From assembly GCA_963693365.1 (NCBI GenBank), contig CAVNZM010000009.1, positions 5,214,245-5,278,244 on the forward strand: a stretch of DNA of 64,000 nucleotides, read 5' to 3'. The notes beneath the pieces are model-generated. The model searched no databases, was not told the DNA's origin, and saw only the letters and a program-made list of their open reading frames with translations. Origin of the DNA: Amoebidium appalachense. Its lineage: Eukaryota > Protista > Ichthyosporea. A program made the translations under genes and the position numbers. Shown one piece after another: positions 44,902-55,698 of the stretch (within the stretch, counting starts at the first letter, position 1; the number at the start of each line of letters is the position of its first letter).

Positions 44902-46377
44902 AAAAGAGTGACTTTTCTTTTTTTTTTCTTTTTTTCTTTTTTTTTGTGTGTGTGTGTGCGAAGAGAAAAAGTAACAGAGCTTTTTATTATTTTTATTATT
45001 ATTATTATTATTTTGTGTGTGTCTGTGTATTTATTTTGTGTGTTTTCGTAGTTCGAATAAATTGTGTGAAGACATGTCCCGAGGACATGTCTTTAAAAAT
45101 ATTTGTCTTAGAAAATATTTGTCTTAGAAAATATTTGAAGTGACAGACACGCCCCAGTGGGACATAACCCTACGTAAAAGATAATAGATGAGTTATAGTT
45201 GACACGTTCCAGTGGGACGTGTCTGCAGAAAATGGATCTGTAATCAGCGGCTCGACGACATATGACCACGTGACAGGCAGGTTCGAAAGGGGTGAGGGGC
45301 GGGGGGGGGGCCGGTGGGGGGGGGGGGGGGGGGGGGGGGGGGGCAAAACAACATCAAACAGTGATCGGAAACGACGTCTGGATGATATCAACTTTGAAAA
45401 TGGCTCAATCATATATATCAAGACATAACATAATGATATGAAAAGGATAATATAACTATATTGCGAAAATCATTCTTAATAAATCTTAATTATACCTTAA
45501 ATTTATCGTTTTGATATATGTGCTGTATGTCAAAAAGATGTGACAGAGTTATGTTAACGATATGCTACTAATATCATAAGGAATGGTTAGCTGATAAACT
45601 ACTATATGTTTTAACGATATGTAACAGATACTAGAAAGATGTCGTGTAGAGGACATACAGCCAGAACTTCTCATATCTTTAAAGGCTCCTAAAACTATCA
45701 AAACGATATTATTACGAAATTTCTTTTGACCCATCCTAGTTATCTTTATGTTATGAGGCTTATATCGTTATGACATTTAACGTATGATCTTTAGATAATG
45801 TTTTCGGCATCCTATACCTATCCGTTGTATATGAAAAGGACATATGTAATAGTATCTTATAGATGTATTACCATATACGAAACCTCCTATAATGACCTCG
45901 AAATGATATCATATAGATATATATGTATCTTATGATCGATTATCATATATATCGTAAGGATATGTGATAGCTACCATAAGGATATGGGGAAGGGCTCCTA
46001 ATCCGCTATTAGAGATATCTTTATTATGTCTAAAACGCTTCTGAACATCAGACTAAAAAGATTTTATGATATCAAATAGACTATCATAATGGTATCATAC
46101 GGATATAACGAGGTTGTTGAATACATGGAACACAGGATAGAACAACGATGGGTTCAGGGTGCTCCGTATGAGCCCATTATGAGATCATTTTGATATCTAG
46201 CAAAAGATACCAAAATGATATCCAGAAAACCCGTGATAGCAAAACGATGCTGTTATGTTATCTAAAAGACAAGAGGGGGATAAAGAGTGGCAAAAAGATG
46301 GGTTTATGGGTTTATGATATCTTTAATGGGTTTTTAATGGGTTTCGGATGCCGGATGAAGTTTGCTGATCCAGTGGC

Positions 46378-47850
46378 ACCCATCAGCATCGTGCATGGTA
46401 GGGCCAGGACGGTAGTATAGATCGAAATCATACTCCTGCATTTCCAAAGCCCACCGTTGGGCATTCGTTCGTTTGCTATCCGTTTGACACCTTTAAGAGA
46501 AAGACAGGGCTTATGGTCACTTTCCACAATAGTATTCACTCGACCATACACGTACACCCTAAACTCTTTCAGTGCCCAATAGATTGCATGCGTTTCTCGT
46601 TCGATGTTGCTCCACCTACGTTCGGTAGGTTGAAACATCCGGGAGGCATATGCCACCGTGCGGAACTTGCCATCTTTTTGTTTTTGATACAGGCAAGCCC
46701 CTTCCGAGAACCGACTAGCATCACAACGAATAAGAAACTGACCCCCCGTGGGGGAAAGATCGGGCAGGGCAAGCACTTCCTCCGATAACGCCGATTTTAA
46801 ATCTTTAAACGAGCGATCTAATTCGTCCGTCCATTTTAACCGTCGGTGTTTTTCTCCGTAACACTCGGCATTCATGGGCCGGGCTCGCTCTGCATAATTT
46901 AAAATGTGACGGCGGAGATACGAAGTAATACCCAGAAAACCCCGGAGTTGATGTAGTGTGTTTGGTATCGGCCAATCTTTCACTGCCTGAACCTTTTTCG
47001 GGTCGGGCCGAATGCCATTCACACCTACAATCCAACCCAAAAACGGTATTTCCGTGAGCCCAATGTATGTCTTTGCCCCATCGAGCTTAACTCCATATTC
47101 ACCGAGACGGGTGAAAAGTCGGTCAAGCTTCTGTATTAATTCTTTTTCGGTGTGTGCACCCACAGCTAAATCATCGGCATATACCACCACGTCATCGGCC
47201 AGAGGGGCCAAAATCTGTGTCATGATAGATGCTAGCTGGGACGGGGAAGTACTTCGCCCCTGTGGTGCCACACAATAACGATACTGCACACCAGCCACAG
47301 AAAATCCTGTTTTTTCACGTGACTCAGCGTCTAGCAGTATTTGGTAAAAGGCACCCGACATATCAGCTTTACAGAAATACTTATACCCAGCCAACTTCTC
47401 TATTTGTTGTTGCAAGTTGGGCATGGGCCAGGCAGATTTTCGAATTTGCTTGTTAAGAGCACAAAAATCAGTCAGCAGACGGTATTTTCCGTTTGGTTTT
47501 CGTATTACGAAGGTGGGTGAATTATACTGACTGTGTGCTTGTTCCATCTGCCCTCTACGACACATATCCTCTACGATCTCCTTTGCAGCCTGCTCTTTCA
47601 CTTGTTCCAACCTCCACTGTTTTAATCGAATCGGTGGGTTATCTCCCGTGTCTATGTGCATGGTGAATCCTTTAATCTGAGGAAATTCGTCGGGGTCCGT
47701 AGTGATGAAGCAACGAGAGTGTGCTTCTAATAGTTTCTTGACATCCGGAAGCATACTCTGAGGCACCCTATTCCAATCAAAACCGTGGGGAGCCTGCCAG
47801 TGGCCGGCATCGTGTGCACCCCCACCCGAAATTTCCGAAATTTTTCGCGG
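46378..47850 (-). CDS. Gypsy reverse transcriptase and RNase H
   Basis: YNSPTFVIRKPNGKYRLLTDF, DMSGAFYQI, PQG, YADD, LRGFLGITSY, CDAS, ERETHAI, SDHKP; after a frameshift near 46460 reads RWALEMQEYDFDLYYRPGPTMHDADG. Confidence 0.95.
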
Positions 47851-49031
47851 GGGGGGGGGGTTTCATGATCAACGGCACACATTGATTGGTCGATCGGTGA
47901 GTGTATCGGACCGCCTCGTGTCCCACTCACATGCCCTTCGTGCCCACACATGTTATCGGTAGGCACCCGGCCCGGTGGCACGGCCGGAGGTGAATTGGGT
48001 AGGCAACCTTCTCCACCCCCCGTTGCCCACCTGATGCACTGCGCTATTGCACCAACGACGGTTTGTGTACGACTGGGGTGGGGTTCGGCTTGCAAAACAC
48101 TCAGTTCGTGTATGTACTCATGTCGGCTCGTAGGAACGAAATGACCGATGGTACCGAACACGTTCAAATCCGGACCCACACCATTTTCGCACACAACAGC
48201 AATAGATTTATCCACACTAATTTCACAGATGGTGGGGGGGAACTTATCTCGAAATTCACGAGTAGGCTCGAAGATACCGAGGGTGCCAGCAGCAGCAGCA
48301 GCAGCAGTCACCTGCACCGTTGCACGTAATACACATCCAAAGCCAGATTTGACGGTGGTGTCGTGCTTGACGGTAACAGGACACATTGTGTCGGGGGTGT
48401 GCAAAGATGACGTCGGCACCACCATCCCCGACACCAGTGTTAGTGAGTGTGCTTGATGATTAGTGGTGGCAATGTGTTTGTTGGCAAAATCGTTCCCAAT
48501 AATCATGTCATGCTTAATATTTTTAATTACTAAGCAAGGCCACATGAATGTTTGAGAACCGAGGCATAACGGGAGCATCACTTCACCACTCACTGGCACA
48601 GCTAGAGCTTTATCGTTTTTCCTTACAGAAGTAACAATCACATCCGAGGGTTGCAAAGCAAACTCCTGCATGTGTCGGGAAAAAACAGCTTCACTAACCA
48701 CCGTGAATGATGCCCCAGTGTCAAACAATGCAAAGTATTTTTCATTACTCAACGTAACATTGACATAGATACGTCTTCCTGCATTGCATATGGCACTTAT
48801 ATCGAACACTTTTCTTATTCTATCGAGTGTTCGAAGTTTCTTTGTGGGGGGGGATGGGTGTGGGGGGGTGGGGGGTCGGGGGTCGGGGGAAAGGGGCTCG
48901 GAGGGGGGAATATCAGAAGAAGCCGGGGCAGAAGCACTTGGTATAGGCACATTTTTAATTACTTTTTCGTGACCCACTGGGTCACAATGTGCAATACATG
49001 CCGTGTCCGTGCATCTAGCACCGGCAATTAC
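47850..49031 (-). CDS. Gypsy aspartic protease region
   Basis: ALFDTGASFTVVS and MIIGNDF motifs; frame open from directly after the gag TAG. Confidence 0.9.
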
Positions 49032-50945
49032 CTATTTTTCACTTTGCTTGCCCTTGTTCTTCTTGGCAGCTCGGGTGGGGCAATCTTTAAAACGGTGCCC
49101 CGGCTGCTTGCATGCCCAACAATTGGGCCCCCTCTTATCTTTTTTATTGTCCTTAGCCCATTTACCCCCCCCCCATTAGATTTACCCTTACCACCAACAT
49201 TACCCCCACTACCCCCGTGGCCACCCCCGTGACCACCACCACCACCACCATGCCCCCCACTACCACCACCCATCTCATCCACACTACCCACATTACGGTT
49301 ACATTTTAAATTGTGAGCACCCACTGGCACATCAGCTTCATACCGTCGGATGACACGGGCCATGGCTTGCTTGAGGGTGGTTGCAGCCCGGGCCTCCGAA
49401 CAAAGGTCCGGGTAGTCGTTGAGGGTACGTTGGTAATGATGAAGCACGACCTCGGGCATGTTCTTGAGACCCGTGTTGGAGACGATGCAATTAAATTTCT
49501 TGTGGAATGTCTTTATCGAGGCCCGAGTGTGCATAAAACGAAGCTTGTTCAGCTCGTCTAAATGCTCCTCCTTACGTTCCTTGTCTAAATACTTCTCAAG
49601 GAACTTAGCCCAAAAATCGTCGATGCCGGTGCACGTGGAAAGGTCGACGTTATCGGCAGCATCTCGGGGGTCCCCGGGGCCCATGCACATACGAATAAAC
49701 ATCAAAGTGCGATTCAAGCCCACCTGGCAACTCCATAATACAAAAGAAAATTAAATGATGTTGGAGTTGTTTGTAGAATTCGTCGATATCGGCATCTGCC
49801 TCGAGCATAGGACGGGACTGAATTGCTGCTGAGGGGATGTGTTGAATCTTTTCCTTCCCCTCCCGGTCGTCACCGTTTCCGTCGTTACCGTCACCGTCAT
49901 CACCACCGTCACCGCCGTCGCCACCGCCATCACCACCACCACCACCGGCACCACCAGCACCGTTAGCACCTCCGGCACCATTAGCACCACCGGCACCACC
50001 GTCAGCACCGCCGTCCGGGGGAGGTGGGGGGCCGCCGCCACCTGCATTACCATCCCCATTTTCGTTGGCAGCAGGAGGGGGGTTGTTATGCCCCCCCCGG
50101 CCACCACCACGCCCACCCCTACCACCTCGGCCAGAGTTCTTACGGGGGCCCCGTCCGGCACGAACCCACGAGGGGAGCATGCTTGGATGAAATTTTCGAG
50201 GGCCCCGGTTACCATAATAAGTAACCACTAGGTCGAGCTCACCACGACTAAGAGCCACTAACTGATTGATAAATTCATGTGACTTAGTGATGTGGGAAGA
50301 CTGCCCTGAAAGGCACGCGTAGTTTTGCCTGGAAGTGAATACATTCGCGAGGGCGAGTAGTTGTTGGTGGAGCATGGTGAGTGCCGACGACGAACGGTAC
50401 AGTGCCGTGCGCGCTGTACAGCTGGCAAACTTCGATACCAACAATGCCAGCAGCATGAACAGAAGGAGACACCCAAGAACGCACCAGCACCAAGCTGCCA
50501 GGCTCACGCCCGTCTTGTTGTGCAAATTTGCATACTCCGTTAGGGCGCGTACCAGGGCGTCTGGTGCCTCTGCTTGCGTTTGCGTTGACCTCGACTTCCA
50601 GCCCGTGGAGAAGGTCGACTGATGAATGTCGATTGTCTTCAGGTGGCAGGTCTTCGGGGTCAAATGATTGGCCGTAGTCGGTTTCCCCTGAACGAAAAGA
50701 GAAGCAGTATTGATTGTCGTGTTGCAGGTCGTGTGAACGGAAGTAGACACGGTCGAGCAACGGAATGTCTGCTCCAGGAGGGTACCACGGTGAAGCGCCG
50801 GGGGGAGAAAGGGGAACATTATACCCGAGTTCTTGAAGGAAAATGAGGTCGGCGTTACTTGCTTCACCCCCATGCAGGCCGCTAGGGCCGGCATTGTCGT
50901 CACCAAGGTGGTTAGACATGTTAGAACCCAAACAACTAAGAACAT
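49032..50945 (-). CDS. Gypsy gag with hydrophobic N-terminal extension, Gly-rich linker, capsid-like region and CCHC knuckle (two compensating indels)
   Basis: The 50978 frame and the CWACKQPGHRFKDC knuckle frame are the same; the capsid-like block (FWAKFLEKYL...IKTFHKKF) is shifted between indels near 49745 and the C-run near 49170; ends TAG 49034-49032. Confidence 0.78.
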
Positions 50946-50994
50946 AGTACTTGCTTGATACGAGCACACTTGCAGCACAAGAACTAGTGCTGCA

Positions 50995-51010
50995 GGGGGT
51001 GTAGCTCAGC
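50995..51010 (-). promoter_or_regulatory. Primer-binding-site position of the gypsy element, complementary to a tRNA-Ala-like 5' end
   Basis: Element-sense GCTGAGCTACACCCCC directly abuts the 5' LTR; its complement is GGGGGTGTAGCTCAGC. Confidence 0.7.
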
Positions 51011-51632
51011 TGTTATATATAATATGATCGTGTGTCTCTGACAAACTTTCAATATGTTTATAAATGAGCGGGGTTGACTAGACCACGCTTTGCTTAGTTA
51101 CGTGCTAGTCCTACTTACACCTAGTAAGCCGAGCACACTGAGTGAGCTCTGAAGCCCCCGACATGCCCTTATATCGGAGCTCGCACAGCGGCTCAGACAT
51201 GCGCATCGGTATGTGCTTTTTGGCTACGAGAGCCAATCACATACGGTTCACGGTTCTGTCCCATGGCTATCACGGTTCCAATAAACCTAGTGAGCCAATC
51301 GGGTGACAGTACTTGACTATCGATGCATTCCACAGTCATACCTCACGGCTACTTGCATATTTTTCCATGATAAAACTATAACTTAACGCCCATGGTTCCT
51401 CTACTACTAGTACGTGTCGGTCCCATGTGACTATTATATCTGTTTTCCCATGAATAATCCTGCAAGTTGCACGTGCACATATGTTTAACTCCATGCTCAT
51501 GCGCACAAGACTGGGGGGGACATGCATACTGGCCTACCTAAGATCAAACACAGTGGTATATATACATGTACACGTGCGCGTATATCTCAACCTGTGTACA
51601 TCCATACTAGATATCCGGCATAATATACCACA
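51011..51632 (-). repeat. 5' LTR of gypsy element
   Basis: Minus strand starts TGTGGTATATTA and ends AACA; TATA-like TATAAGGG near 51173 on the minus strand. Confidence 0.93.
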
Positions 51633-52727
51633 CCTCAGCACAACTGGCTTCGTGGTTTGCCAGTGCACCGGCGTTACCGCATGGATCCTGCAGCCTCTGC
51701 ACGGAAACGTAGGTTTGGAAGAGTATTCTGTAGCAATTAACTCGCTGATAGTTTTGGTTTCTTCCACACTGTGCGCACTCATCGTTTTTTTACGGCCGTT
51801 CAGTTCGAACGAAAAATTCATCTTTGCCAGATATTCAAACATGGACGGTCCTCTGCCCAGGCTTGCTGGCAGCCGTTTTTAGCAATTCGGCAGGTGTGTG
51901 GACCCTACGGTTCTCTAAAGCGCCTATGTGTGAACGCAGTTGTGCTTTTGCATTTTCTGCTTGTGCAATTGCACTGGTGGTTGCATTACTGATCGTTTTG
52001 TTTGCTTCTACAAGGCCCTCGGCAACGATCACTTGGGCCACTTGCGTGCTTTCCTGGAACTTGTCTGTGGCTGCGTTTACTTTGTGTAGTGCACTGTTTA
52101 AATCCCCAAGTGCAGTTGCCTGCAATTGAACTACTGGCTTGGTCATGGTCTTTCCGCGTGCTAGTACACTTTCAACCTGCGTACTCCTATGTATTTTGGA
52201 TAGAAGAACGATACAAAAGTGACTGACTGAACTGACATGTGCGTCATACGGGGTTTTTTTTTGGCGCCACAGCCTATTCAATGATTGGCCCTTTTGTTTG
52301 TGGAACATATCGGTGTCACTGAGCTAGGTTTTATGTGGTAAAGGTAAAAAGTCTGAAACTCTACAAATAAAGGGGGTTCTAATGGTGCATACTTGGTAAT
52401 TACGTCTGCATAGGCGATGCATAGGAGCCCCCTGTTACGTCAAAAAAAAAAACAAAAAAAACAAAAAAAAAAACTTCAAGATAATCCCGGAAAACGACTG
52501 AGGTCATTAACTAAAGATTTTTGAAAATGGCGTCGCCGTTATCTTAGTGGCGGAGTATCTAACGCGCGGACGGGCACTGTACTATCCCGGAAACAGGGAG
52601 GGAGTGCAGGGGTGCAGGGGGGTCAGGGTGTGTATATGTGGTTGGAGAAACCCAGCGTGTGCACGGACCTGCACGGTCTGGCCTAGATGGCAAAATTGTT
52701 CCCCCCCCCCCCCCCCCCCCCCCCCCC

Positions 52728-52789
<62 letters not shown>

Positions 52790-53609
52790 GGAAACAGGGA
52801 GGGAGTACATGGGTGGTAAGGTTGCAAATGTAAGGTTTACGCTGTATTTTATCATACGGTGTGTGTGTGTCATTCCACACACACACACACACATACATCA
52901 CTTGTAAGCGCATCCAAGCACGACATTATCATACTCTTTGACAATGTATAGACTATGTCCAATCATGTTATTATATCGAGTGTGTGTGCACTCCACACAC
53001 CCTTCAATGTGTCAAAATAAACCACACCCAGACTTGTTATTGTATCGTGTGTGTATGCACTGCACGCTGTTCAGGAGGGATCCACCTGGACAGCGCGGTT
53101 AAAGCGGGATAGCTGCTCCAATAATTCTGGGTCTCATTCACAGACTAAACAGATACAGTTTTAAAGTCCATAGTACATCATACGTACAAGAAACACTAAC
53201 GAACCAACAATTCCAGCAAACAAATCGTTAATCAATGGTGCATACGTTTAAGTATTCAATCGTGGAAACTCACATAGCAACACACTCAACTTTCCATCTT
53301 CTTGCCTGAGTGGACGGGACGGACCAAGACCCCGCTGTTTTATCCCCCAAAACGGAAACTCGACAACGGTGCCCAACCTTTGAAACACAATCCACATAAT
53401 ATCCAGGGAAGCCTTCGCTTTGGCTTCCTTGTCAAACACAAAGGGGTCGATATCCGTTGGGTCGTGCTGGGACAGACACCTTGGCTCAACAATCTTGGAA
53501 GGGCGCTTGATATCATCGAAGGAAATATCAAAAATAGACCGAACCAACGTGGGAAGGTGGGGCGCCATCTGCAAAAATAAAAAATAAAAAATGAATACGC
53601 TTAGTCTCA

Positions 53610-54486
53610 ATGCGAATATTATATTATTCGGAATATCCGATTCAAACCCCCCAAGCGAATATAATATTCGCTCGGATCCTGATTATCCAACCAATCGATC
53701 CGAGCGAATATTATATTCGCTTATACGAACGAATATTATATTCGCTTGGGGGTTGTAATCAGGATGCGAGCGAATATAATACTCGCTCGCATCCTGATTA
53801 TCCAATCCTCCCAAGCGAATATTATATTCGCTCGGATCCTGATTATCCAAACAATCGATCCGAGCGAATATTATATTCCCTTATACGCCCCACGCGAATA
53901 TAATATTCGCTCGGATCCTGATTATCCAAACATTGAATCGATCCGAGCGAATATAAGTATATTCGGTTATACGAGCGAATATTATATTCGCTTGGGGGGT
54001 TGTAATCAGGATGCGAGCGAATATAATATTCGCTCGCATCCTGATTATCCAACCCCCCAAGCGAATATTATATTCGCTCGGATCCTGATTATCCAAACAA
54101 TCAATCCGAGCGAATATTATATTCGCTTATACGTCCCAGGCGAACATAATATTCGCTCGCATCCTGATTATCGGCATCCCCCATGCGAATATAATATTCG
54201 CTCGCATCCTGATTATCCAAACCCCCAAGCGAATATAATATTCGCTCGCATCCTGATTATTCAACCCCCCAAGCGAATATTATATTCACTCGGATCCTGA
54301 TTATCCAAACAATCGATCCGAGCGAATATTATATTCTGTTATACGCCCCAAGCGAATATAATATTCGCTCGCATCCTGATTATCCATCCCCCTAGGCGAA
54401 TATAATACTCGTTCGCATCCTAATTATCCATCCCCCCATGCGATATAATATTCGCTCGCATCCTGATTATCCATCCCCCCAGGCGA

Positions 54487-54524
<38 letters not shown>

Positions 54525-54693
54525 AAATATTTGCTCGGACCCTGATTATCCAAGCCCCAAGCGAATATAATATTCGCTCGGATCCTGAGTATCCAACCCC
54601 CAAGCGAATATAATATTCGCTCGCATACTGATTATCCATCCCCCAGGCGATTATAATATTCGCTCGCACCCAGATTATCCATCCCCCCAGGCG

Positions 54694-54740
<47 letters not shown>

Positions 54741-55006
54741 CTCGGATCCTGATTATTCAACCCCCAAGCGAATATAATATTTGCTCGGATCCTGAGTATC
54801 CAACCCCCAAGCGAATATAATATTCGCTCGCATCCTGATTATCCATCCCCCCAGGCGAATATAAAAAAAAAATAAAAAAAATATTTGCTCGGATCCTGAT
54901 TATCCAACCCCCAAGCGAATATAATACTCGCTCGGATCCTGAGTATCCAACCCCCAGGCGAATATAATATTCGCTCGCATCCTGATTATCCATCCCCCCA
55001 GGCGAA

Positions 55007-55043
<37 letters not shown>

Positions 55044-55164
55044 GCTCGCATCCTGATTATCCATCCCCCCAGGCGAATATAATATTCGCTCGCATCCTGA
55101 TTATCCATCCCCCCAGGCGAATATAATATTCGCTCGCATGCTGATTATCCATCCCCCCAGGCGA

Positions 55165-55210
<46 letters not shown>

Positions 55211-55340
55211 GCTCGGATCCTAATTATCCAACCCCCAAGCGAATATTATGAATATAATATTCGCTCGCATCCTGAGTATCCAACCCCCGGCCAAGCGAAT
55301 ATAATATTCGCTCGCATCCTGATTATCCATCCCCCAAGGC

Positions 55341-55391
<51 letters not shown>

Positions 55392-55662
55392 CATACATAT
55401 ATATTCGCTCGGATCCTGATTATCCAACCCCCAAGCGAATATTATGAATATAATATTCGCTCGCATCCTGAGTATCCAACCCCCAAGCGAATATAATATT
55501 CGCTCGCATCCTGATTATCCATCCCCCCAGGCGAATATAATATTCGCTCGCATCCTGATTATCCAACCCCCAAGCGAATCATTGATATAAATATTCGCTC
55601 GGATCCTGAGTATCCAACCCGGGCCCTAGGCGAATATAATATTCGCTCGCATCCTGATTATC
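53610..55662. repeat. Palindromic ~42-bp minisatellite array (roughly 45 units)
   Basis: Unit CCCAAGCGAATATAATATTCGCTCGCATCCTGATTATCCAAC with core inverted repeat AGCGAATAT-A-ATATTCGCT; some units inverted or with expanded centres. Confidence 0.95.
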
Positions 55663-55698
55663 TGTCTAACCCTAAACCCTATCTGTCGCATCCGGCAG

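Larger units (their letters stand above)
37750..46377. mobile_element. 8.6-kb non-autonomous TIR DNA transposon nested in gypsy pol
   Basis: Perfect 33-bp inverted repeat ATCAGCAAACTTCATCCGGCATCCGAAACCCAT (37753-37785 / 46337-46369); ACC on both sides; removal restores DADG|LSR; GATATC-rich subterminal regions; no transposase ORF seen. Confidence 0.85.
35235..51632 (-). mobile_element. Chromodomain-bearing Ty3/gypsy LTR retrotransposon with nested insertion
   Basis: Paired TG...CA LTRs 35235-35845 and 51011-51632, 5-bp TSD CCGCA/CCTCA (one mismatch), domain order gag-PR-RT-RH-IN-CHD. Confidence 0.95.

Noticed and set aside
47727-47860. Programmed pro-pol frameshift in the gypsy element
   Set aside because: The frame change coincides with a 12-nt homopolymer and cannot be told apart from an assembly error or decay.
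50995-51070. tRNA-Ala gene
   Set aside because: Similarity stops after about 18 nt at the LTR edge; no anticodon arm, T arm or B box.
40759-55662. CRISPR array interpretation of the 184-bp or 42-bp repeats
   Set aside because: Eukaryotic context, no unique spacers, no cas genes.
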